DNA from: Fimbriimonadales bacterium
GTDB taxonomy: Bacteria > Armatimonadota > Fimbriimonadia > Fimbriimonadales > ATM1
NCBI GenBank assembly: GCA_041744215.1
Contig: JBGTLG010000036.1
Coordinates: 1 to 64,000 of the forward strand
DNA: 64,000 nucleotides
Direction of reading: 5' to 3'
Within the stretch, counting starts at the first letter, position 1. Each line of letters opens with the position of its first letter. The notes beneath the pieces were generated by a model. The model was not told the origin of the DNA. It was given only the letters and a program-made list of their open reading frames with translations, and searched no databases. The position numbers were made by a program, and so were the translations under genes. Of the stretch, positions 21,148 through 29,834 are shown piece after piece.

Positions 21148-21332
21148 GGGTCCCGAGTGTACCGGCGCGGACACGACTTTCCGCTTGGAGCACGGCACAG
21201 GGCGTGTGTTTGGCTCCCCACCCCGGATAGATCGCCGCAGGCCCGTTCGCATGCCAGTTTTGAGCCCAAATCCACCTTCGGGGTCGCAATTCGGAGTAGG
21301 ATAAACCACGCAAATACAGCAGAGGTAACCAA

Positions 21333-22955
21333 ATGACACAAGCATTGGCATTACTGATCATGGTGCAGTCGGCCCCCGTGTTCGACCAAGGCACCTTCTC
21401 AACCACGATGAGCGGGGTCGAGATCGCCCGCGAGGGCTTTCGCATCCTCGAGAACGGCAAATCGAGCTCGATTCTTTACACGATTGGCGATGGCATCTCG
21501 ACCGTGAGCGCAAAGACCGAGTTCACTAGTGGCCCCACGGGGCTCGAGTCCGCCGTGGTGAACATCGTCAACGGGCCCTCCACTCGCCTCTCAACCCAGG
21601 GCAACGTCCTCATGTACTCCGACGGTCGGCGAGTTCAGGCTGAAGGCAGGCCCATCTACGCGCTTGAGAGCTTTTGTTGGCACAATTTTTCATTCGTCTT
21701 CCGCGCTTACCAGGCTGGTGGATCCAGCCAAACATTCCAAGTTCTCCTCCCATCAGAGAGGCTGCAAACGAATCTCGTTCTCGTGCGAGGGGCGCAGAGG
21801 AACGAAGCCGGAGAGACGCGGGTCGACTGGACTGGAACGCTTGACGGTGTCGCTCACGAGTTCGTGACCGATGGCCAGGGGAGAATCCAATCCATCAACA
21901 TCCGGTCGCGCAATCTTCGCGTAGTGCGTCTCGCGCCCGGTGCTGCTTCAACCCCACCTGCCGGTCCGATTACGGTCACGCCGCCTGGAACGACGCAGCC
22001 AACTGGGACTGCTGACCTCTCCAGAGTGATGCCGAACCGGGACAGCTATAACGAGCGAGAGGCAAGGATTTTCGGAGCCTCGAACGTCGTACTCTCGGGC
22101 AGTCTCACTTACCCGAAGGGGCGCGATAAGCATCCGGCGATTGTGATGTTCAGCGGTACTGGGCCGTCCGACAGGAACTGGGACTCACCACCGCTCGTTA
22201 CCGGTGCGCCTGGGGCTCAGATCGCGGACGCGCTAACGGCCGCCGGGTTCGCGGTCTTCCGCTTTGACGATCGCGGGGTCGGTAAGTCCACCGGTGGCGT
22301 CTACTCTGCGACGTTTTGGAATCTCGTCAGCGATGCTCGATCGATCGTGGCATGGGTGAAGGCTCAGCCTGAGGTCGATCCATTCAACGTTTATGTCGCC
22401 GGGCACAGCGAAGGGGCCCTGATCGCGATGATCCTCGGCTCCGAGGACCCGACTCTGGGAGGCGTGATCTCGCTCGCCGGGCCGTCGCGATCGCTGGACA
22501 AAATCATCGTCGAGCAGCTCAACGCTATGGCGGCCGACGAGAGCATCCCGGCGAGCGAGCGAGAAAAAGCCGCGAGGATGATTCCCAAGATGAGTGAGAT
22601 CATCGCGAAGGCTCGTGCGGGTGAGCGCGGAGTGATTGATGGCATCAGCTTGCCGTGGCTGAGGGAACATATGAGCGTGAACCCGCTCGATTACGCGGCG
22701 AGGCAAAGAAGCCCGCTGCTGATCGTTCAGGGCCTCGACGACCTGATGGTTCTCTCTAAGAACGCAAACGACCTCAAAGAGGCTGCTCTTGCAAACGAGG
22801 TTGACACGACCGTAGAGATGATTGCGAGGATGAGCCACTTCCTCATGCAGTTCCCCTACAGCAACCCCGAGTTCGACGCGTCGAACCCGACGAAGGTAGT
22901 CGCTCGCGCTGTCGACTCGATGATCCAGTGGATCAAAGAAAAATCGAAGCTCTAG
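21333..22955 (+). CDS. Exported alpha/beta hydrolase with N-terminal beta domain
   Basis: SGTGPSDR, RFDDRGVG, GHSEG nucleophile elbow, catalytic Asp/His region. Confidence 0.9.
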   Translation: MTQALALLIMVQSAPVFDQGTFSTTMSGVEIAREGFRILENGKSSSILYTIGDGISTVSAKTEFTSGPTGLESAVVNIVNGPSTRLSTQGNVLMYSDGRRVQAEGRPIYALESFCWHNFSFVFRAYQAGGSSQTFQVLLPSERLQTNLVLVRGAQRNEAGETRVDWTGTLDGVAHEFVTDGQGRIQSINIRSRNLRVVRLAPGAASTPPAGPITVTPPGTTQPTGTADLSRVMPNRDSYNEREARIFGASNVVLSGSLTYPKGRDKHPAIVMFSGTGPSDRNWDSPPLVTGAPGAQIADALTAAGFAVFRFDDRGVGKSTGGVYSATFWNLVSDARSIVAWVKAQPEVDPFNVYVAGHSEGALIAMILGSEDPTLGGVISLAGPSRSLDKIIVEQLNAMAADESIPASEREKAARMIPKMSEIIAKARAGERGVIDGISLPWLREHMSVNPLDYAARQRSPLLIVQGLDDLMVLSKNANDLKEAALANEVDTTVEMIARMSHFLMQFPYSNPEFDASNPTKVVARAVDSMIQWIKEKSKL

Positions 22956-23050
22956 CAAAACTGCTCAGCTAGGGACGGGAGCCTGCCGACAATAACAGAT
23001 GTCGGTGGGCTCCGGTGTTTTATCGTGCCCACGTCATGGGGCATAGCAAA

Positions 23051-23695
23051 ATGAGCGAAATTGAGCAGGTGTTCTGCCAGTTGGAACCGGGGATGACGCT
23101 TCAAGTATCGCCGGTCGGAACCAACTCGCTGGATCCATCCTTAGGCAAGATTCTCGCGGTTACGAAAGACAACCTAAAGCTTGAACTTGACTTGAGCTTT
23201 GCAATGCTCGGGCCAAAGGATCTCCTACTGATTCAGGCGGATGGCGATGAACGTGTAGGCTGGGCAAGGGTCGTTCGTTCCGATATAGGAGACACGGTTG
23301 TTGTAGTTTTAGGCAGCATTCGTTGGGAGATGAGTCTGCACCAGCGATCTGCCCGACACGATTCCAGTCACAGAATTGTGCTCACATACGCTGAACCTGG
23401 ATTGAATCCGGGAGATAAGGACACGAGAAGATCGCTCGGGCAGACGATCAACGTTAGTGAGACAGGCGTGAGGTTTCGAGTGCGTACGCCCTTGCGAATC
23501 CACACGATCGTCAAGATGGAGATTTTTATAAACGAAGATGAGCCGTTCGTGGCGCTGGGCCGAGTTGTGCGCATTGTTGAGGGAGCTGAAGGTAAGTCCG
23601 GCGGCTTCGAAGTCGGCGCAGAGTTCCTGCGGAAGCTGGGTGGCGAAGAGTCTCTATTCGACTTGCTTAAGTCGTTTGAGGAGGAAGCCGCCTAA
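23051..23695 (+). CDS. PilZ-domain protein (putative c-di-GMP receptor)
   Basis: RSAR and NVSETG resemble RxxxR and (D/N)xSxxG; GRVVR; start uncertain (23015-23051). Confidence 0.8.
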   Translation: MSEIEQVFCQLEPGMTLQVSPVGTNSLDPSLGKILAVTKDNLKLELDLSFAMLGPKDLLLIQADGDERVGWARVVRSDIGDTVVVVLGSIRWEMSLHQRSARHDSSHRIVLTYAEPGLNPGDKDTRRSLGQTINVSETGVRFRVRTPLRIHTIVKMEIFINEDEPFVALGRVVRIVEGAEGKSGGFEVGAEFLRKLGGEESLFDLLKSFEEEAA

Positions 23696-23713
23696 CGAGG
23701 CAAGGCTCACTTC

Positions 23714-25117
23714 ATGGCCGCACACTACGATCTTGTCGTTTTAGGAAGCGGCCCTGCTGGACACCATGCGGCGATACAGGCGGCGAAACTTGGGCGCCGG
23801 GTTGCGGTCGTTGAACGGGGCGACTTTGTCGGTGGCACCTGTTTTGCAAGCGGGACCATCCCTTCAAAAACGCTCAGGGAAGCAGTTCTGTATCTCTCTG
23901 GTTTCCGTCAGCGTGCTCTGTACGGAATGGCCTATCGTGTCAAAGAGCACATAACCATTCAAGACTTGATGTTTCGGTGCAAGCGTGTCATTGAGCACGA
24001 AGTCGATGTGTATCGCGCGCACTTTGGCCGAAACGGGGTCTCCGTCTACCAAGGTCATGCGGAGTTTGTCGATCCGCACACAATCCGCGTCCACCGTGAA
24101 GAAGGCGGTGCAGACGTGCATGGCTCAAAAATCTTGATCGCTGTTGGCACCCGGCCAGCCAGTTCTCCCCATTTTCCCGTTGATGGCGTCCGGGTCCTCA
24201 ATCCTGATGCTCTGATGTATCTACCTGGGATCCCACGCTCGATGATCGTTGTTGGTGGCGGGGTCATCGGGATGGAGTATGCGGGGATTTTTGCGGCGCT
24301 CGGCACGCAAATCACGTTGGTCGATGGCAGACGCCAACTGCTCGAATTCATCGATGGAGAGATTCTCGAGGCGCTCATGTACCACATGCGAGCAATGGGC
24401 GTGACGTTTAGGCTTGGCGAGGAAGTGGCCCGCGTAGAGGTGGAAGCCGACGGCGGCGTGAACGCAGTAACTCAAAGCAACAAGCTTCTTCACGCAGATG
24501 CTGCTATCTATGCCGTCGGGCGACAAGGGAACACTGACGCACTCAATCTTGCGGTCACAGGTTTGGAAGCGGATGAGCGAGGTCGACTGACTGTGGATGA
24601 GGCGTTTCAAACGGAGGTGCCGCACATTTACGCAGCAGGAGATATCGTTGGTTTCCCAAGCCTCGCCAGCACCTCCATGGAGCAGGGTCGAGTTGCGGCC
24701 TGCAGGGCGTTTGGAGTCGATGCAAAAGTGGTTCCCGAACTCTTCCCTTATGGGATTTATACGATTCCAGAAGTCTCGTTCGTCGGCCCGACAGAGGAGG
24801 AGCTGACTGAGTCGGCAGTTCCTTACGAAGTTGGAATCGCCAACTATCGAGAGATCGCGCGCGGCACGATTCTGGGTGACGAAACCGGACGTCTGAAACT
24901 GATCTTTAACCGAGAAACAGAACAGCTCTTGGCAGTCCATATAATTGGGGAGGGCGCGACCGAACTTGTCCATATTGGTCAGGCCGTCATCGCACATGGA
25001 GGGAGCATTCGGTACTTCCTCGATCACGTTTTCAACTACCCGACACTCGCGGAATGCTACAAGGTGGCGGCGCTCAACGGCCTGAACAAAATTGGCGCGT
25101 ATCGAATGGCAGCCTAG
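23714..25117 (+). CDS. sthA: Soluble pyridine nucleotide transhydrogenase
   Basis: GSGPAG, GGTC...GTIPSKTLRE with single Cys, FNYPTLAE.YKVAALNG. Confidence 0.95.
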   Translation: MAAHYDLVVLGSGPAGHHAAIQAAKLGRRVAVVERGDFVGGTCFASGTIPSKTLREAVLYLSGFRQRALYGMAYRVKEHITIQDLMFRCKRVIEHEVDVYRAHFGRNGVSVYQGHAEFVDPHTIRVHREEGGADVHGSKILIAVGTRPASSPHFPVDGVRVLNPDALMYLPGIPRSMIVVGGGVIGMEYAGIFAALGTQITLVDGRRQLLEFIDGEILEALMYHMRAMGVTFRLGEEVARVEVEADGGVNAVTQSNKLLHADAAIYAVGRQGNTDALNLAVTGLEADERGRLTVDEAFQTEVPHIYAAGDIVGFPSLASTSMEQGRVAACRAFGVDAKVVPELFPYGIYTIPEVSFVGPTEEELTESAVPYEVGIANYREIARGTILGDETGRLKLIFNRETEQLLAVHIIGEGATELVHIGQAVIAHGGSIRYFLDHVFNYPTLAECYKVAALNGLNKIGAYRMAA

Positions 25118-25134
25118 CTCCGTCCTTATCCTCT

Positions 25135-25923
25135 GTGAAGACCGTTCTTATTGTTTTCGGGGTTCTCGCCTTGATCGCCCTCTTGGCCATTGGCAGCTGT
25201 GTGTTCATGTTCTCGCGGGTGCTCGGGGCTCCGGCGCAGGCGGCCGATGAGTTCGTGGCAAAAATCGCCACGGGCGACTTGAGGGGAGCGTACGATGCGA
25301 CAGATCCGAGGGTTAAGAGTGCCATGGATTTCGACGCGTTCGCGGCGACGGCCAAAAGAATTCGGCTGGATCAAGTCCAACTCGTCAAGTGGCGCTCAAC
25401 AAATGTCACGCCGCCGACGGCGAACCTCTCTGGCGTCGCCGATATGAGAGGCGGAGGGACTGCAGCAATCGAGGCGACGATCACGGAGGCCGACGGGTGG
25501 CGCGTTTCGAGCATCTCCGTCGACGGCGAACAGCTTACGGTGGTCGGCTCGGAGATAGAGGTCGACGATGAGATCGCCGCAGCGGCAGCGCTCAAAACAC
25601 TGCTTCAATGGAACAATGCGATTAAATCGCAAGATTTCACTGCGTTTTACGCGAACATTGCGGATCTCTGGAAGCAAGAGACGAACCCTGCTGAACTGAA
25701 GCAAGCATTTGCGCGCTTTATCGAATTGCAAGCGGACATATCAGGTATCGCAGACGTCAAGCCAATGTTTACAGATGCGCCTCAAGTCGACGACAATGGA
25801 AACCTTGTCATGGCGGGCTACTATCCGACAAGCCCGCTTCGAGTCCATTTCGAATTGAGATACACACTCGAGTCGGGTGACTGGAAACTCATTCACATCA
25901 ATGTGCGATTGGCGGAGGAGTAA
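25135..25923 (+). CDS. Membrane-anchored hypothetical protein with two NTF2/DUF4864-like domains
   Basis: N-terminal TM; two similar helix+sheet units ending W(R/K)(V/L). Confidence 0.7.
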   Translation: MKTVLIVFGVLALIALLAIGSCVFMFSRVLGAPAQAADEFVAKIATGDLRGAYDATDPRVKSAMDFDAFAATAKRIRLDQVQLVKWRSTNVTPPTANLSGVADMRGGGTAAIEATITEADGWRVSSISVDGEQLTVVGSEIEVDDEIAAAAALKTLLQWNNAIKSQDFTAFYANIADLWKQETNPAELKQAFARFIELQADISGIADVKPMFTDAPQVDDNGNLVMAGYYPTSPLRVHFELRYTLESGDWKLIHINVRLAEE

Positions 25924-26914
25924 CGACCCACAATCTTGCGTCGTGGCTGACGTGAACTTCATCCCCGTTTCGCGCTAGCGTCGAAGCTTCCCAACCTGAG
26001 AGCGTCGGTATGATCTCTACACTTCCTTCTATGCCAAGCTCGGACGCCGTGAAAGCGTAGAGCTTCTGCTTAGCGTAGAGCTCTTTCTGTTTCCAGTAAA
26101 CGCGCATGAGCAATTCGCGGGCGTGCCACGTTGGGTCAGCGTAAAGGCGGCCTTTGCCAGGTTCAGCCGTCGTAAACTGCACATAGCCCCACATCCACGG
26201 TCGGTGCATATCGATGGCGCGCTGAGGAGACCAGACCCAATTGTCTTCCGGCCTGTTTGGCACTTTCTCATACCGGCCGTCGCTAACGCGATGCTCCCAC
26301 TGGACGCGCGAGAAGTTGACACGCCACTGATCACCGTCATTTGGAGGCGACGGCCGGTGGGCGCATTCTGCGAGCGCTTTCCACGGCAGGGCAAGTTCTA
26401 CAGACCATCCTCGATCTTCATCCGTTGGATTGTTGAGCGTGCCGTCAACGTACACAGCATGCCTCAGCCCAGCGATATCCCAACCATTCACAGCGGGACC
26501 TCCGTCGCGATACGGCTTGATCAGAAGTAAGTCCCAAACTGTATTGAGTGCGTTGATTTCGAGTTCGTAGTACTGATGGTTATCGCCGTCCGGATCGATG
26601 AACACTTCAAAATCATTGTCGTGGAAAATCACTGAATCTCGTGTTAGCAGTGTGCCCCAGACATGTGGTTCTTCCATTTGCGCGAGGATATAAAAGTATT
26701 CGTCGTCCCACAGCATTTTGACGCGAGTTCGGAATCTGGGGGTGGGTTTGTGAAGTCCCTCGATATCGATGAAATCGTCGGTCCACTCCGCGGCGGCCCA
26801 TGCTGCGTCTGTGCCTCTGCCGTCGATTAGAATGGGCGCACCGGCGCGGTGGCAGAGGTATTGCTTCGGCGTCGTTGCGTCCATGAGAATGACGGAAGCG
26901 ATGAACAAAACCAT
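25898..26914 (-). CDS. Carbohydrate-binding family 9-like protein
   Basis: IDG....AW, KMLWD, DNDFEVFIDPDGD, YELEINALNT, WRVNFSRV. Confidence 0.88.
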   Translation of the reverse strand: MVLFIASVILMDATTPKQYLCHRAGAPILIDGRGTDAAWAAAEWTDDFIDIEGLHKPTPRFRTRVKMLWDDEYFYILAQMEEPHVWGTLLTRDSVIFHDNDFEVFIDPDGDNHQYYELEINALNTVWDLLLIKPYRDGGPAVNGWDIAGLRHAVYVDGTLNNPTDEDRGWSVELALPWKALAECAHRPSPPNDGDQWRVNFSRVQWEHRVSDGRYEKVPNRPEDNWVWSPQRAIDMHRPWMWGYVQFTTAEPGKGRLYADPTWHARELLMRVYWKQKELYAKQKLYAFTASELGIEGSVEIIPTLSGWEASTLARNGDEVHVSHDARLWVVTPPPIAH

Positions 26915-26932
26915 CGATCAGTTAATGAGATA

Positions 26933-27008
26933 TGGGGCGACGAACGGGGATTGAACCCGCGACCCCCTGAGCCACAGTCAGGTGCTCTGCCACTGAGCTA
27001 CCGTCGCC
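26933..27008 (-). tRNA. tRNA-His (GUG)
   Basis: Cloverleaf GGCGACGG TAGCTCAGTGGCAGAGC, anticodon arm CCTGA-CTGTGGC-TCAGG, GGTTCAATCC, G-1:C73, encoded CCA. Confidence 0.97.
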
Positions 27009-27064
27009 ACTCGAACGCAGAGGATACCTTGGGCAGTGGCCTCAGTTCCATCGTCGGCTTCAAC

Positions 27065-28060
27065 TTAGACGGGCAGGGCATTCGGACCAAAGTTGGCTTC
27101 GTAGTAAGCAACAAGGAAGTCGCCGGGGGGAAAGATGGCATCGATTTTCGCCAACACTTCGCTATCCAATTGGAGCGTCGTCGCTGCAACCAAGTCGTCG
27201 AACTGCTTGACTTTCCGCGCACCTGTAATCGCGCAAGTGATACCAGGCTGCTGGAGCACCCACCCCAGAGAGAGCGTCGTTAGCGATACGCCAAGAGCAT
27301 CGGCAACCTTCTTCAGCTTCTTTGTCGCGGCAAGCGTCTTTTCGTTGACTCGTTGATTGGGGTCGGACTTTGAATAGCGGCCATCTTTGTTCCCTTCGAG
27401 GTACTTCCCGCTCAACTGACCACCTGCAAGCGGAGACCACGGTATCACCGCGTAATTGTAACTGCGACAGAAGGGAAGCAGCTCTCGCTCAATACGGCGA
27501 TCAAACAGATTGAATGGCGGCTGCTCGCTCACGAATCGGTTGGATCCAATCTCTCGCGCGACATAGTGCGCTTCACACAACTGCCAAGCTGCAAAGGTGG
27601 ATGTGCCTATGTATCGCACCTTTCCTGCGCGAATCAAATCATCGAGCGCACGCAAGGTTTCGTCGATTGGGATCGAGGGCTGGGGTCGGTGGATTTGGTA
27701 CAGGTCGATCCAGTCCGTCTTAAGGCGCCTGAGTGAAGCATCGCATTGCTCGATGATGTGCCTCCGAGAGTTTCCCCAATCGTTCGCGCCGTCGCCCATT
27801 TTTCCGTGAAACTTCGTGGCGATGACGAGGTCTTTCCGCTTGCCCTTCATTAGATCGCCAAGGATGTCCTCGCTTGTACCGCGAGCATAAACGTTTGCGC
27901 AGTCGAAGAAGTTTATGCCGACATCAAGAGCTTTTGAGAAGATCTTTGCGGATTGCTCTTTGGTGCTGCCCCAATCATCAGGTTCCCAACCAAACGTCAT
28001 CGTTCCGAAACAAAGGGGGCTGACCATCACGCCCGTGCGGCCGAACTGCCTATACTCCAT
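27065..28060 (-). CDS. Aldo/keto reductase
   Basis: FGTMTFG, D.A.VY, SLRRL.TD.IDLYQIH, GKVRYIG, PWSPLAGG. Confidence 0.95.
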   Translation of the reverse strand: MEYRQFGRTGVMVSPLCFGTMTFGWEPDDWGSTKEQSAKIFSKALDVGINFFDCANVYARGTSEDILGDLMKGKRKDLVIATKFHGKMGDGANDWGNSRRHIIEQCDASLRRLKTDWIDLYQIHRPQPSIPIDETLRALDDLIRAGKVRYIGTSTFAAWQLCEAHYVAREIGSNRFVSEQPPFNLFDRRIERELLPFCRSYNYAVIPWSPLAGGQLSGKYLEGNKDGRYSKSDPNQRVNEKTLAATKKLKKVADALGVSLTTLSLGWVLQQPGITCAITGARKVKQFDDLVAATTLQLDSEVLAKIDAIFPPGDFLVAYYEANFGPNALPV

Positions 28061-28073
28061 CCGGGCAGATTAC

Positions 28074-28850
28074 CTACTCGAATAGGCTTCGCAAGTGTCG
28101 GAAATCTTCTGCATTGTCAAAATCCATCGCGAGCGCTGGATGCGCCTCAGTCTGGATTTTGACTTGCGAGCTAAAAAGTCTCGCCAACGTGCGCTCTGCC
28201 AATCCGATATCTGCTCTGCCGATGGCGTACTTCAGTGCGTTCACCAAGCCAGCGCGAAACAAAAGCCTTGCCATCGACTTGCGATTCTTTGCGGCTTCTT
28301 CAAGCGTAGTCAGGGCGTTCTCAAACGCAAAGCGGGATGCGCCGTAAACCGATGAGGCGATGAATTGTCCTTCACGCAGGCGAATGAACTTAGCTGGGGT
28401 GCCGGGATAAGTGCGCTCAAGTTCATCACGATCGACGAGCCCGACTGAGAACCAACTCTGCGAGCTCGTGTCAAGGCTCGACTCAGTCCTTTGTACAAAC
28501 TCCGTCAAATGAGGAGAGTCAACGAGCGGCAGGTCGGCTGCAAGAAAGAGTATCGGGCCTCCGCTTCCGATGGACTTCAACCCGCTGCGCGCGCTTCTGA
28601 CTGCATTCGACCCCGGCTCCGCGAATGTCACACCTGCGACTTCCCCTACCGTCGAGCGAACTTCTTCGGGCGCGACGACCACTACTTCTCTTAAGCCTGC
28701 TCCGAGACAAGCGTTAATGACAATCTCGATAGTAGTGCTATTGCCGAAAGGCACGAGCGCTTTATGGTCGGCTCCGGTCAATTCGAGAATCTCGCGTTCG
28801 ATTTCACCGCCGGCGGCGATTACCGCTGCCCACTCACTCGCGTTGCGCAT
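28074..28850 (-). CDS. MobA-like nucleotidyltransferase family protein
   Basis: AVIAAGG, KALV, ADLP, MDFD. Confidence 0.85.
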   Translation of the reverse strand: MRNASEWAAVIAAGGEIEREILELTGADHKALVPFGNSTTIEIVINACLGAGLREVVVVAPEEVRSTVGEVAGVTFAEPGSNAVRSARSGLKSIGSGGPILFLAADLPLVDSPHLTEFVQRTESSLDTSSQSWFSVGLVDRDELERTYPGTPAKFIRLREGQFIASSVYGASRFAFENALTTLEEAAKNRKSMARLLFRAGLVNALKYAIGRADIGLAERTLARLFSSQVKIQTEAHPALAMDFDNAEDFRHLRSLFE

Positions 28851-29277
28851 GTGCAGCCAGCTCTCTCGGGGCGAGCGACGAAAATGGTTCTACAGGAACA
28901 TTGCGTAGGGCCATGAACGAGATGACGATCACCGCAAGGATCGCAGATGTACGCTTGCCTGTGATCTGCGGGGATACATACTTGCCGGTAGCCACGAAAC
29001 GCGCGCCCGCAAAGTAGAACCACGCCATCAGAGGCAGCCCAACGAAAACGAAAAGCGCGTTCTGTGAAACTGCGCCGACCAGATCCCCATGCGAAAGTAG
29101 GTGGAAGCTTCTCGTCGCGCCGCAGCCGGGGCAATGCAGGCCAGTCGTGGCGTTTAGGATGCACTTCGGCCAATAGGCTTGACCCTGCGGAGGGACCAGG
29201 ATCACAAACACCGCGATGGCGGCGAGCCCGACCAGGAGAGCTGCCGTTAGGGGTCGGGTGAACGGCGCTCGTATCAT
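28834..29277 (-). CDS. DUF2752 membrane protein
   Basis: C...TG..CPGCGATR, N.L, LRN.P motifs. Confidence 0.9.
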   Translation of the reverse strand: MIRAPFTRPLTAALLVGLAAIAVFVILVPPQGQAYWPKCILNATTGLHCPGCGATRSFHLLSHGDLVGAVSQNALFVFVGLPLMAWFYFAGARFVATGKYVSPQITGKRTSAILAVIVISFMALRNVPVEPFSSLAPRELAAHAQRE

Positions 29278-29762
29278 CCGGCTGTGATCCCGACAAAAAC
29301 CAACGCGATCCAGAAGAGGCCGCTAATGATGCCGAAGACAAAACTTAGGGTCGTCCAAAGCTTTGCTTTGTTAGAGGCCTCCACGGCGGCAGCGTAGTTC
29401 CCCGACTTGGAGTGACTTTCCGCCTGCGCGGCGAAAACGATGCCTGCAATTCCAATCGGAAGGCAGCAGAGAAGGGTGGCCAGGATCGATTCCACTAGGT
29501 AGGTCTTAACCGGCGCAACGTAGGGCGTGGGCGAATAGCCTGGTGTTCCGCTGGTCCCGGGAGGACGGCTCCAATCTGGCGGAGCGGCCGAGGGTGTCGG
29601 GGGTGGCGGCATAGGGACAGGCGGAGGCTCACTCACGCTTTCGGCCCCCGGGGCGTACTGCCCGCCGCCGATTCCGCGAACCGTGTGACCACAGGCGATG
29701 CAAAAAACGGCGTCGGATCGGAGGGCTGCTCCGCACTCTGCGCAGGCGTTGGTTTCAGTCAT
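29274..29762 (-). CDS. CD225/dispanin-family protein with N-terminal zinc ribbon
   Basis: CAECG...FCIACG; Pro-rich linker; YLVESILATLLCCLPIGIAGIVFA...A..AS..AK. Confidence 0.9.
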   Translation of the reverse strand: MTETNACAECGAALRSDAVFCIACGHTVRGIGGGQYAPGAESVSEPPPVPMPPPPTPSAAPPDWSRPPGTSGTPGYSPTPYVAPVKTYLVESILATLLCCLPIGIAGIVFAAQAESHSKSGNYAAAVEASNKAKLWTTLSFVFGIISGLFWIALVFVGITAG

Positions 29763-29834
29763 ACCGTCAGGTTCTCCAGATTGTTTACCCTAATGACGCG
29801 GCACTGGCTGCGCGAGGACGTACAAAATGGGTCG

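Noticed and set aside
21150-21330. c-di-GMP riboswitch or sigma54 site in the trpA/hydrolase gap
   Set aside because: Only a short GCACAGGGC resemblance; the GCAAA/GAAA elements and the -12 TTGC are not correctly placed.
26933-27060. tRNA-His as an integration site
   Set aside because: No integrase or duplicated tRNA 3' end was seen in the window.
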